A stretch of 64,000 bases of DNA from Candidatus Methanosuratincola verstraetei (GTDB lineage Archaea; Thermoproteota; Methanomethylicia; Methanomethylicales; Methanomethylicaceae), in NCBI GenBank assembly GCA_049570475.1, contig CP186953.1, positions 1,120,001 to 1,184,000 on the forward strand. The letters run 5' to 3'. Numbering within the stretch: position 1 is the stretch's first letter; the number at the start of each line of letters is the position of its first letter. Below are positions 48,605-58,287 of the stretch, piece after piece. The notes beneath the pieces are model-generated. The model searched no databases, was not told the DNA's origin, and was given only the letters and a program-made list of their open reading frames with translations. The position numbers and the translations under genes were made by a program.

Positions 48605-49180
48605 TCAGGGCACCATCCCCCTCACGATCGTTATGCAGTGGCTCGCGAGGTACGGATGCGGGCCTAGGCTCACCCTCTTCGCGCCCATTGAGTCGAGGCA
48701 GCGCTCACCCTTGGGGTCTATGCCCTTCTGGTCGCCCAGCACGAAAGCCGCCTTTTCGCCGAACTCCGACTTAGAAAAGTCCTCTCCATCCTCGTGCAAG
48801 TAATACAGGGAGAAACCTTCCCTGGAGTGCCTCCTCACGGCCTGCCCGAAATCCTCCCTGGTCGCGGAGACGCCGCGCGGGGCCCTGCCCGCCATCGCAG
48901 CCACCAGCATCTCCGCCGCCTCCACCTCTCCCTCGGGCGCCCGATCCATGCCTGCGCCGTCGAACTCTACGCTCAGCGGCGGATCGGGGGGCCCCTCGAG
49001 GACCACGGTGATCCTGCAGCCCCTGTCAATCCCGTCCGGTTCTGGCGATAGGAGCGCGGCAATTATGCACCTGCAGACCAGGTCCATCCTCCCCCCGCTC
49101 CCAGCCAGCGACTTGATGGAAAAGTCAGGGGCAGTGCGCCCCTCCGAAGCCTTCAGTATAAAAGACCTGAGCAAAATCAA
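48605..49180 (-). CDS. trmY: tRNA (pseudouridine54-N1)-methyltransferase
   Basis: GRMDLVCRC, YLHEDG, FVLGDQ, VSLGP..YLASHCI (SPOUT fold). Confidence 0.88.
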   Translation of the reverse strand: MILLRSFILKASEGRTAPDFSIKSLAGSGGRMDLVCRCIIAALLSPEPDGIDRGCRITVVLEGPPDPPLSVEFDGAGMDRAPEGEVEAAEMLVAAMAGRAPRGVSATREDFGQAVRRHSREGFSLYYLHEDGEDFSKSEFGEKAAFVLGDQKGIDPKGERCLDSMGAKRVSLGPHPYLASHCITIVRGMVP

Positions 49181-49192
49181 GGAACGGCGCCC

Positions 49193-49480
49193 CTAGCTAA
49201 GGGACTCCGCATGCCTCCTCTCGTCCTTCGCGCGGACCTTGACGACGCGCTTGCTGATCGCGCACTTGACGCAGTAGTTCTTCGTGACTACCCTCCTGTA
49301 TATCTGCGCCCCCTGCTTCATTAGGTCCTTCGCGAGCTGCGGCTCCAGCAGCGAGACCGGCTTCGTCACCTTTATGACCTTGTCCCTGGGGATCCACGCC
49401 CCGCAGAGGTCGCACTGGACCCTCGACGACTTGCCCTTGTCACCCTTGCTACGCCCTCGGCTCTTCCGCTTCTTCGGCAA
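49193..49480 (-). CDS. rps26e: 30S ribosomal protein S26e
   Basis: MPKKRKSRGR, CDLCG..IPRDK, YCVKCAI...VVKVR. Confidence 0.95.
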   Translation of the reverse strand: MPKKRKSRGRSKGDKGKSSRVQCDLCGAWIPRDKVIKVTKPVSLLEPQLAKDLMKQGAQIYRRVVTKNYCVKCAISKRVVKVRAKDERRHAESLS

Positions 49481-49643
49481 TTCAAGTCCTCCATTATGGT
49501 TTGCTTGGTCAGTAATCGACGGTTCTGCTTATAAAAATGTCGCATGCTTCTGCCGCCAAACCCCTCTCCCGGGCGCGCAGGGAAAGGTTATTTCTGACCG
49601 CAGACCAAATAACTCCTGAATCGCTGGTTCAGGTGGCTATGAA

Positions 49644-51128
49644 ATGGGTTCCAGTCAAGGTCCAGGGGCAGATCCGGGCGCAGGCACTCGTGCAGGCGCT
49701 GGCGCGGGGGCGGGTCAGCCCATCCCTCCTAGCCCCCCTCAGCCTCAGCAGCCCCGCAGGCCCGGCACAGGCTCGGATTCGGAGTCCGGGTACAGGGGGA
49801 AGGTGCTCGAGCTGATAAGGTCGAAGGGGCTGAAGGTCGGGGACAGGGTCCTCGTCAAGGACGGGAGGATAGAGCTATCCGGGGTGCTTATGCCGAGATC
49901 CGAGCTCGAGGACGACGAGCACATAGTGGTGAAGCTCCCAGACGGTTACAACGTCGGGGTCTCGATAGGGTCGATCGAGATCCGCCGCGTCCCCGATCAG
50001 GAGCCGCCGCGCCCGCAGCCGGAGGCTTCCCTTCCGCCGCCGAACCCTGCCCTCCCGCAGGTCGCGATCATCAGCACGGGCGGCACGATAGCGAGCAGGG
50101 TCGACTACAGGACCGGCGCGGTCAGCCCAGCCCTCTCCGCAGCCGACCTCTACCAGGCGGTGCCTGAGCTGGGCGAGGTTGCGAGCATACGGACCGAGAT
50201 ACTCTTCAGCATACTGAGCGAGAACATGTCCCCGAAGCACTGGAGCTCGATAGCGGAATCGGTTTACAAGCAGATAAAGGCGGGCGCCCAGGGGGTCGTC
50301 GTCACGCACGGGACGGACACGATGGGCTACACCGCCGCAGCCCTCAGCTTCGCGCTGAGGAACCTCCCCGTGCCGGTCATCCTCGTCGGATCCCAGCGTT
50401 CGTCCGACCGCCCCTCCTCCGACGCCGCTCTGAACCTCAAGGGCGCGGTCACCGCCGCCGCATACGCGCCATTCGCAGAGGTCGGGGTGCTGATGCACGC
50501 GTCCCCGTCTGACGACCTGCTCGTGATCCACCGTGGGACGAGGGCGAGGAAGATGCACACGAGCAGGCGCGACGCGTTCAGGTCGGTGAACTCGAGGCCG
50601 CTCGCCTACGTCAAGGACGGCAAGATCGAGGTCGCCGCAGCCGCCGGAGTTGATGGCCCGGGCTGCCGCCCCCGCGGTTCGCCAGGGGAGCTGGAGCTGA
50701 AGCCCCACTTCGACGAGGATGTTGTCCTGATCAAGTCATTCCCCGGCATGCCGCCGGACATATTCGACCCGATAATCCACAGGGGGTTCAGGGGGATAGT
50801 GCTCGAGGGGACTGGTCTCGGGCACGTCCCGGACAAGGTCTTCCACCAGGTAAGGAGGGCGGTCGACAGCGGGCTCACGGTCGTAATGGCGTCCCAGTGC
50901 ATAAACGGGAGGGTCAACATGAACGTCTACAGCACCGGGAGGGAGCTCCTCGGCATGGGGGTTATCCCAGCAGGAGACATGCTGCCCGAGACCGCCCTGG
51001 TCAAGCTCATGTGGGTGCTTGGGCAGACCGAGGACCACGATAAGATACGGGAGCTCTTCACTGCGAACCTGGCAGGGGAGCTCTCCGAGAGGAGCGAGTA
51101 CGACGGGGGTGTCGCGGATGGTGAGTGA
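49644..51128 (+). CDS. gatD: Glu-tRNA(Gln) amidotransferase subunit D
   Basis: STGGTIASRVDY, HGTDTM, GSQRSSDRPSSD, KMHTSRRDAF. Confidence 0.96.
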   Translation: MGSSQGPGADPGAGTRAGAGAGAGQPIPPSPPQPQQPRRPGTGSDSESGYRGKVLELIRSKGLKVGDRVLVKDGRIELSGVLMPRSELEDDEHIVVKLPDGYNVGVSIGSIEIRRVPDQEPPRPQPEASLPPPNPALPQVAIISTGGTIASRVDYRTGAVSPALSAADLYQAVPELGEVASIRTEILFSILSENMSPKHWSSIAESVYKQIKAGAQGVVVTHGTDTMGYTAAALSFALRNLPVPVILVGSQRSSDRPSSDAALNLKGAVTAAAYAPFAEVGVLMHASPSDDLLVIHRGTRARKMHTSRRDAFRSVNSRPLAYVKDGKIEVAAAAGVDGPGCRPRGSPGELELKPHFDEDVVLIKSFPGMPPDIFDPIIHRGFRGIVLEGTGLGHVPDKVFHQVRRAVDSGLTVVMASQCINGRVNMNVYSTGRELLGMGVIPAGDMLPETALVKLMWVLGQTEDHDKIRELFTANLAGELSERSEYDGGVADGE

Positions 51129-53097
51129 TGAAGATCGGCACATGGGAAGTTCTGCGGATCGGGAAGTGGCTGCCCCGCCGGGCCCCGCTGCCGCATCCGG
51201 GCAAGCCGGATCAGGGGGCGGGGTGAAGGTCGGGATCGAGATCCACCAGCAGCTCGACACCAGGCACAAGCTCTTCTGCGGGTGCCCGACCGCCCTCTCG
51301 GACCGGGATCCAGACTACTCCGTCGTCAGGAGGCTCCGCCCCACCCACAGCGAGATGGGCCAGGTCGACCGCGCCGCGCTCTTCGAGTCGACCAGGGGGA
51401 AGCGCTTCGTCTACCAAGGGCACTACGGGTCTGCCTGCCTCGTCGAGCTTGACGAGGAGCCGCCCCACGGGCTGAACGGCGAGGCGGTCTCGGTCGCCCT
51501 CACGGTAGCCGCAATGATGAACATGAAGCCCGTCGACGAGATCCACGTGATGCGCAAGATAGTCATCGACGGCTCGAACACGACCGGCTTCCAGAGGACC
51601 GCCAAGGTCGCCCTCGACGGATGGATCGATGTCGGCGGGAAGAAGGTCACGATACAGTCCCTGTGCCTCGAGGAGGACGCCGCGAGGAAGGTCTCCGAGG
51701 AGCCCGGGGGCACCGTGGTATACAGGCTTGACAGGCTCGGGATACCGCTCGTCGAGGTGACCACGGGGCCTGACATGCACAGCGGTGCCGAGGCCGAGGA
51801 GGCCGCGCTCGCGATCGGGAGGATCCTGAAGGCGACCGGGAAGGTGAAGCGCGGGATCGGCGCGATCAGGCAGGACCTGAACGTCTCGGTGGAGGGCGGG
51901 ACGAGGATCGAGATCAAGGGCGTGCAGGAGCTTGGGATGATCTCCTCTGCTGTCGAGTACGAGGCCATGCGCCAGCGCCGCCTGCTCGAGATAAGGGCTG
52001 AGCTGCTGAGGCGGGGGGCGCCCGACCCCTCCGGATCCCAGTTCGAGGACCTCACCGGGATCCTCAAGGGGACCGGCAGCAAGGTCCTGCGGAGGGCGAT
52101 CGACTCCGGGGGGAGGGTGATGGGCGTCCTCCTCCGCGGGTACGGCGGGCTCCTGAAGGAAGAGGTCCAGCCGGGGAGGAGGTTCGGCACCGAGCTCTCA
52201 GACAGGGCGAAGGCGAGGGCTGGCGTGGGCGGGATCTTCCACACCGACGAGCTCCCGGCGTACGGGATCACAGCGGACGAGGTCTCATCCGTGAGGCAGG
52301 CGCTCGGCGCGTCCGAGTCTGACTGCGCCGTCCTGGTCGCAGCGCCAGAGCCGGCTTGCAGGGCCGCCCTGGAGGCCGTGGTCGAGAGGGCGTCTGAGGC
52401 GCTGCGGGGCATCCCCCCCGAGGTGAGGGCAGCGAACCAGGACGGGACGACAAGGTTCATGCGCCCGATGCCCGGGTCCGCCAGGATGTACCCTGAGACC
52501 GACGTCCCTTCGATCGTCGTCAGCCCGTCGCGCTTCGAGGAGGTTAAGCGCTCGCTCCCTGAGACGCTCGAGTCAAAGGCTGATCGGTACCGGAAGGAGT
52601 ACGGGCTGAGCAGGGATCTCGCGCTCCTGGTAGTCGACTCGCCCTATGCCGCAGAGTTCGAGTCCATTGTCAGGGAGGGAGGGGCAGACCCGTCCTTCGT
52701 CGCAGCCACCTTCGAGTACACGTTCAAGATGCTCAGGCGGGAGGGCGTGGACGTCGACTCCTTCGACCCGGGCGACATAAAGCAGGTCCTGCTGGGCGCC
52801 AGCTCGGGCAAGATACCGAAGGAAGCCGTCCCGGAGATCTTCAGGTGGCTCTCCGCGAACAGGGGCAAGGGCGTCGAAGACGCGCTCAAAGCCCTCTCGG
52901 TCGGCTCGGTCAGCCCTGAGGAGGTCCGTTCCGCGGTCGCCGCGGTCGTGGAGAGGAACCTCGACCTGGTAAGGCGCGAGGGCGAGCGAGCAAAGAGCAG
53001 GCTGATGGGGGACCTGATGAAGGAGTACCGAGGGAAGGTCGACGGGAAGCTCCTCTTCTCCCTGCTGGATGAGGAGATAAGGAAGCGGGCGGAGTGA
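51118..53097 (+). CDS. gatE: Glu-tRNA(Gln) amidotransferase subunit E
   Basis: GIEIHQQL, MRKIVIDGSNTTGFQRT, LEEDAAR, RMYPETD. Confidence 0.96.
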   Translation: MVSDEDRHMGSSADREVAAPPGPAAASGQAGSGGGVKVGIEIHQQLDTRHKLFCGCPTALSDRDPDYSVVRRLRPTHSEMGQVDRAALFESTRGKRFVYQGHYGSACLVELDEEPPHGLNGEAVSVALTVAAMMNMKPVDEIHVMRKIVIDGSNTTGFQRTAKVALDGWIDVGGKKVTIQSLCLEEDAARKVSEEPGGTVVYRLDRLGIPLVEVTTGPDMHSGAEAEEAALAIGRILKATGKVKRGIGAIRQDLNVSVEGGTRIEIKGVQELGMISSAVEYEAMRQRRLLEIRAELLRRGAPDPSGSQFEDLTGILKGTGSKVLRRAIDSGGRVMGVLLRGYGGLLKEEVQPGRRFGTELSDRAKARAGVGGIFHTDELPAYGITADEVSSVRQALGASESDCAVLVAAPEPACRAALEAVVERASEALRGIPPEVRAANQDGTTRFMRPMPGSARMYPETDVPSIVVSPSRFEEVKRSLPETLESKADRYRKEYGLSRDLALLVVDSPYAAEFESIVREGGADPSFVAATFEYTFKMLRREGVDVDSFDPGDIKQVLLGASSGKIPKEAVPEIFRWLSANRGKGVEDALKALSVGSVSPEEVRSAVAAVVERNLDLVRREGERAKSRLMGDLMKEYRGKVDGKLLFSLLDEEIRKRAE

Positions 53098-53205
53098 CAT
53101 ACCCGCATGCCCGCGCAACCCTTTTTATCCCGGGGATAGATAATCTTGTTAAAACCAGTCTGCTGATCAAAACTGGCTCTCTGCGGTCCGGCTTGGTGTG
53201 GTACC

Positions 53206-55014
53206 TTGTGCGGGATATTCGGTTGCATCTGCGAAGCGGCCGTCCCAGTGCTCGTCGACGGCCTGAGGCGGCTTGAGTACCGTGGATACGACTCGGTGGG
53301 GTTCGCCTTCATCTCCGAGGGCAGGATCATTGTGATGAAGGACAAGGGCAGCATCGATGATTTCGTCCGCAGGGTAGACCTCGACTCGCTCGACTCTCGA
53401 ATAGAGGTGGGGATAGGCCACACCAGGTGGGCGACGCACGGGGCGCCATGCAAGGAGAATGCACACCCGCACCTCGACTGCACCGGGTCGATAGCGATAG
53501 TCCACAACGGGGTCCTGGAGAACTTCCTGGAGCTGCGCGCCGGGCTCCAGGCAAGGGGGCATGCCTTCTCCTCAAACACCGACTCCGAGGTGATAGCGCA
53601 CCTTGTCGAGGAGGGCGTAAGGTCCGGGATGGGGCTAAAGGGGGCGCTGGCAAGCGCTTCCAGTCAGACGAGGGGGTCGATGGCAGTGGCGGCCTTGAGC
53701 TCCGCGGAGCCGGACAGGATCGTCTGCTTCAGGAGGGAGAGCCCGCTCATACTCGGCATTGGCCCCAAAGGGGTATACTGCGCATCGGACATACCCGCGC
53801 TGGTGAAGTATGCAACCCGGTTCTTCCCCATGCCGGAAGGGAGCCTCGCCACTCTGACGCGGGGCGGCTTCACGCTGGAGAGCGCAAGCGGCGAGCAGAT
53901 AGACCCATGCGCGGTGGGAGTGGACTGGGACTTGGCTGCCGTCGACCGGGGAGGGTATGCGCACTTCATGCTCAAGGAGATTCACGAGCAGCCACTCGCC
54001 GTCTCGAACACGCTCAGGATCTCTGCAGAGTACGTGGCGCGTGCGGCGTCGCTCCTCCTGGGGAAGCGGATCCTCCTCACTGGTTCGGGGACGTCTTACC
54101 ACGCCTGCCTCTGCGCCTCCTACCTGCTCAACTCCTTGGGGTTCGACGCCAGGGCGATCATATCGTCTGAGTTCGAGGAGCACCTGAAGGGGCAGCCCCT
54201 CGGGGAGGCTGTGGTGGTTGGGGTCTCGCAGTCCGGCGAGACTGCAGACACGCTCGGCGCGATCAGGCACGCCAAGAGGCTCGGCGCCCGCGTGCTGGGG
54301 ATAACGAACACGCTCTCCTCCTCGATAACGTCCCTCTCGGACGCATACCTCTGCACGCAGGGCGGGCCAGAGATAGGCGTCGCTGCGACCAAGTCTTTCC
54401 TGACCCAGCTCGTCGCGCTGGAGATGCTCTCGTTCAGGGCGGCGCTCGCTTCCGGATCCCTCTCAAGGGCGGATTACGAGGGCGTGGTTTCCGAGATGGC
54501 TTCCCTGCCCGCGAAGATAAGCTCCATTCTGGGGAGGCTTGATCGGGTTCGGGAGATCGCCCTCAAGTACGCGGACAGGAGGGATGCCTACTTCCTCGGG
54601 AGGGGGATGAACGTTGCCACCGCCATGGAGGGGGCGCTCAAGCTCAAGGAGATAAGCTACATCCACGCAGAGGGGTACCCCGCTGGGGAGTCGAAGCACG
54701 GCCCGATCTCGCTCGTCGAGCCGGGTTTCCTCTGCGTCTTCGTTGCTCCGAAGGACTCGTCTAGGCAGAGGATCATCGGCAATGTGATGGAGATGAAGGC
54801 CAGGGGTGCCGAGATATTCTCAGTGCTCACCGAGGGGGACGGCGAGCTGGTTGAGGTTTCGGACGAGCACTTCGAGGTTCCGGAGTCGCCCGAGTACCTG
54901 TACCCGGTCCTCTGCACGGTGCCTCTCCAGGCGCTCGCGTACTACGTGGCAACTTACCGGGGGCTGGACCCGGACAGACCTAGGAACCTGGCAAAGTCCG
55001 TCACAGTCCTCTAG
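53206..55014 (+). CDS. glmS: Glutamine-fructose-6-phosphate transaminase
   Basis: MCGIFG, GHTRWATHG, SQSGETADT, PRNLAKSVTV. Confidence 0.97.
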   Translation: MCGIFGCICEAAVPVLVDGLRRLEYRGYDSVGFAFISEGRIIVMKDKGSIDDFVRRVDLDSLDSRIEVGIGHTRWATHGAPCKENAHPHLDCTGSIAIVHNGVLENFLELRAGLQARGHAFSSNTDSEVIAHLVEEGVRSGMGLKGALASASSQTRGSMAVAALSSAEPDRIVCFRRESPLILGIGPKGVYCASDIPALVKYATRFFPMPEGSLATLTRGGFTLESASGEQIDPCAVGVDWDLAAVDRGGYAHFMLKEIHEQPLAVSNTLRISAEYVARAASLLLGKRILLTGSGTSYHACLCASYLLNSLGFDARAIISSEFEEHLKGQPLGEAVVVGVSQSGETADTLGAIRHAKRLGARVLGITNTLSSSITSLSDAYLCTQGGPEIGVAATKSFLTQLVALEMLSFRAALASGSLSRADYEGVVSEMASLPAKISSILGRLDRVREIALKYADRRDAYFLGRGMNVATAMEGALKLKEISYIHAEGYPAGESKHGPISLVEPGFLCVFVAPKDSSRQRIIGNVMEMKARGAEIFSVLTEGDGELVEVSDEHFEVPESPEYLYPVLCTVPLQALAYYVATYRGLDPDRPRNLAKSVTVL

Positions 55015-55033
55015 CGCAGGGTGATGCGATTCC

Positions 55034-55567
55034 ATGAACCCGGAGATGAAGGAGGAGATAACCAAAAAGGCCCTCTCCTCGGTCTCAACAGCCCTTGCGC
55101 ACGCCCAGACGCTCCTCCCCTTGGTCGTTGAAAATGGCAATCCGGGAAGCGGGGCCCAGGGGCCCGGGGGAGCCGAGGATCCAGCACTACATGCTTCTCC
55201 GGGCGGAGGCAATGCTGCGGCCACGGAGAACGGCCTACGGCGGGCCTATGCGTCGGCGCTCAGGTGCAGGCTCGAGATTCAGTATGCCCTCCTGCTCATA
55301 CAGAAGGGGCTCTCGATCGGAGTCGAGATGGTTGATTCATCTGCGCCATCATCGAGATCCGCGCAGAAAGCTAGGCTCGCGGCGGGGCTGAAGTCCGACC
55401 TCGAGGGTGCGCTCTCTGCCCTTGAGTCCGGGTCGCCAGAGGTCGCAGGCGCGGCGCTTGCCGCCTCAGACTCGAAGGCTGCCCAGCTGATCTCGAAAAT
55501 CAGGGGCGAGCTAAAGCGATGCACCCGAGTTCAGCGGCGGGACCGGGATCGGCGATCCGTCGGTTAA
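55034..55567 (+). CDS. Hypothetical helical protein
   Basis: GGTGA SD, follows glmS in the same direction; no recognised motif. Confidence 0.5.
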   Translation: MNPEMKEEITKKALSSVSTALAHAQTLLPLVVENGNPGSGAQGPGGAEDPALHASPGGGNAAATENGLRRAYASALRCRLEIQYALLLIQKGLSIGVEMVDSSAPSSRSAQKARLAAGLKSDLEGALSALESGSPEVAGAALAASDSKAAQLISKIRGELKRCTRVQRRDRDRRSVG

Positions 55568-55621
55568 GAAATTGGGGCAGACCACAAAAAAGGGAATATT
55601 ATGGGTGCGCCTGGGCGCGGC

Positions 55622-56651
55622 TCACAGGCGCCTGTCGACTATGTCCTCGGTTCCTGGCCCGGTCCCTATGATCGTGACCGGGACGCCCAGGTTCTGCTCA
55701 ATCTCCTTGACGAATGATTTCGCCCTGTCAGGCAGGCCCTCATAGCTCCGCGCCCCCCTGCACTCAGGGAAAATCGCGTCCAGCTTCGTGAGCGCTATCT
55801 GCGTCCCCCCGTTTATCCTCAGCGACCTCTCCGCGAGCGCATAGTTAAACGGGGCCGCCCTCCTCCTCCTTCCGGTCACAGTGGCGACCTCCAGCCAGCC
55901 CCTCCTCGCAGCCTCGTCCTCAGGGATCTCCCCCTCGAGCGGGCCGCCGCCTACCCTGGTCACGTAGGACTTGAAGACTACCACGACATCGTCAACGTCC
56001 TTAGGGCCCACGCCGACCTCGCTGCAGACTGCCGAGGCCGAGACGTCCCTGCTTGTGACGTACGGCGGATCCCCGTGGAACAGCGAGAGGTAGAGCCCCT
56101 GCGTGCCCTCCAGGAGGACCCTGCCGCCTGACTTTGCGCTGTCGTGGACCTCCCTCTCCACGTCAGTGAGGTATGGCTTGAGCTCGTCGAAGTCGCGGGC
56201 GAGCCTCATCGTCCGGAGCACCCTGTCGACCATCGCTGCCCCGACGCCGGACCCGGTCGAGCCTACCTTCTTCATCAGGAACTCGTCCTTCCGCTCCCTC
56301 TCGATGTGCTCGGGGAGTATCACGCCGCTGTTCCGGTCCACCCCGAGCCTCCCCTCGGCCCCGGTGATGGCGATCTCCTTCTTCAGCGTCTCGATGCTGT
56401 ACAGCGCCCCGGCTGCTATGAGGAGCCTGGTCCTCCTGTTGACGTAGGCGCACGGGATTATCCTCAGCTTGACCTCCTTCCCGCCCTCGACTATCGTGTG
56501 CCCTGCGTTTATCGACCCAGTCCTGACTGCCAGGGCGTAGTTGTCCTTGAAGCCCATATAGGCGGCTATCTTACCTCTGGGGGGATCCCCGCAGCGGTGA
56601 CCCTTTCCCCTCGTCTCCGTAGAAGCCGCCAACGACCACAGTCACTGCCAT
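55622..56651 (-). CDS. purA: Adenylosuccinate synthetase, split by a 28-nt intron (exon 1 56651-56605, exon 2 56576-55622; 333 aa spliced)
   Basis: MAVTVVVGGFYGDEGK in one frame, GKIAAY...NAGHT...GSTGSGVG...EGTQG...TVTGRRRR in another; removing 28 nt restores GDEGKGKI. Confidence 0.9.
56577..56604 (-). other. Putative BHB-type intron in purA mRNA
   Basis: GGGG-AA|A-GGGTC-A-CCG-CTG-CGG-G-GATCC-CCCC-AG|A: 4-bp central helix, two 3-nt bulges, intron stem. Confidence 0.8.
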
Positions 56652-56836
56652 TTTACCACCAGTCGAATACAGCGCAGGTCCGTATAAAAAGATTATATGC
56701 CCCCGGCGAGTGGATACATTGTCTGCGCGCCTGCCTGCCTCGGCACTTGCCCTTCGCAGTGCCCGGGGATCTGGCAGGGCGGGTGGCTGGTCCGCCTCAT
56801 CAATGGGTGGGCTGGCAAGCCGGGGCGATCGGGCGG

Positions 56837-57628
56837 ATGGAAGGGAGGGGATCCAGTTTGGAGATCTGGGGCATAAGGACAAGGGTGGTCAGGCCGGGGG
56901 ACGACCTCGTCGAGCTAACTATCGAGGGGGCGGAGTCCTCTGGGATTGAGATCAGGGGCGGCGACATACTCGCGTTCTCAGCCAAGGCTGTAGCCACGGC
57001 CATGGGCAGGCTCGTTCGCCTCTCGGATGTCCGCCCATCCCCGGCTGCAATCGATCTCGCCGCGCGCCACTCGATGGACCCGGCATTCGTCGAGGTCGTG
57101 ATCAGGGAGGCCGACCAGATCCTGGGCGGGGTCGAGCACGCACTCGCCACGATCAAGAGAGGCATACTCGTTGCGAACGCCGGAGTGGACCAGTCCAACT
57201 CCCCGCCGGGCTACGTCGCCCTTTGGCCCGAGGATCCGCAGACTGCTGCAGAGGGGCTGAAGGCCTCATTCTCAAGGAGAGGGCTCGACGTTGGCATCCT
57301 TATAATCGACAGCAGGACGCTCCCGCTGAGGATGGGGAACAGCGGCGTCGCGATTGGCATAGCCGGATTCAGGGCGGTCGAGGACCTGAGGGGGAAGCCA
57401 GACCTCTACGGCAGGCCCCTCCGCCTCAAGAGGTTCATGGTGGCCGACAACCTGGCTTCCGCAGCGCAGCTGGTCATGGGCGAGACAGACGAGTCGAGGC
57501 CAGTCGCTCTGATCAGGGATGCCCCAGTCACGTACGGCAGCGGATACGGCATCGGCGAGGCGTACATACCCCCGGACCAGTGCCTCATCATGCACCTCCT
57601 TTCCTGCAGGGGCGGGAGGAGCCCATAA
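56837..57628 (+). CDS. cofE: Coenzyme F420-0:L-glutamate ligase
   Basis: VRPGDDL, ANAGVDQSN, IDSRT.PLR.G, DLRGK.DLYG, VMGETDE; start uncertain (ATG 56837 or TTG 56858). Confidence 0.9.
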   Translation: MEGRGSSLEIWGIRTRVVRPGDDLVELTIEGAESSGIEIRGGDILAFSAKAVATAMGRLVRLSDVRPSPAAIDLAARHSMDPAFVEVVIREADQILGGVEHALATIKRGILVANAGVDQSNSPPGYVALWPEDPQTAAEGLKASFSRRGLDVGILIIDSRTLPLRMGNSGVAIGIAGFRAVEDLRGKPDLYGRPLRLKRFMVADNLASAAQLVMGETDESRPVALIRDAPVTYGSGYGIGEAYIPPDQCLIMHLLSCRGGRSP

Positions 57629-57764
57629 GCCAGGCGCCAGTCAGTTCGATCCCGCCAGACACAAAAATGTTTGTTTTTGCCTTCACTGATCTAAAATCCT
57701 CGCACCAAAGCCTTAATATCCCCTAAAAAGGCTTAAGGTGATCCAAGGGATGAGTGATCGGCCC

Positions 57765-58217
57765 ATGTCCTCGGAACTCGATGCCCTTGACAAGCTAATA
57801 ATCAAAACCCTCCAGTCCAACGCCCGCACCCCGTTCTCCAAGATAGCAAAGGAGGCTGGCGTCAGCGAGGCCACCGTGTTCCTCCGGGTGAAGGGGCTCC
57901 AGCAGAGCGGCGTGATAAAGTCGTTCAGGGCGATCGTCGACCCGCAGAAGGTCGGGAAGCCCCTCTCGGCATTCATACTGGTGAAGGCGGACCCGAAGAA
58001 GTACGCCGAGGTCGCGAAGCTGATCAGGGACCTCCCCGAGGTCACTGAGGCATTCGACGTCACCGGACCGTACTACCTGATATGCAGGGTCGACGTCCCG
58101 GGGAAGGACGCGCTCTCCGAAGTGATCGACAAGATGGGCAGGGTCGAGGGCGTGCTCAGCACCGAGACCGCAATCGTTCTCAAGGAGATCAAGGAGAACG
58201 TGGGGCTGAGCATCTGA
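57765..58217 (+). CDS. Lrp/AsnC family transcriptional regulator
   Basis: LD.LD..II..LQ.NAR.PFS.IAK..GVSE.TV..RV HTH; VTG.Y. Confidence 0.92.
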   Translation: MSSELDALDKLIIKTLQSNARTPFSKIAKEAGVSEATVFLRVKGLQQSGVIKSFRAIVDPQKVGKPLSAFILVKADPKKYAEVAKLIRDLPEVTEAFDVTGPYYLICRVDVPGKDALSEVIDKMGRVEGVLSTETAIVLKEIKENVGLSI

Positions 58218-58287
58218 TCGGCGCATTCTTTTTTTCGGTCCGATGCACTGGCATCCGCCGGGCGATCTGCCGCCTGGCTGAATCATG

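Noticed and set aside
50630-50690. GC-rich insertion in gatD (AAAAGVDGPGCRPRG) as an intron
   Set aside because: Simple hairpin with no 3-4-3 bulge-helix-bulge geometry; in frame
55622-56632. ORF-track 336-aa purA starting MAASTETRGKGHRCG, or purA as a pseudogene
   Set aside because: That N-terminus is the wrong frame of exon 1 plus intron and lacks GDEGKG; the rest of the gene is intact and the insert has precise BHB geometry
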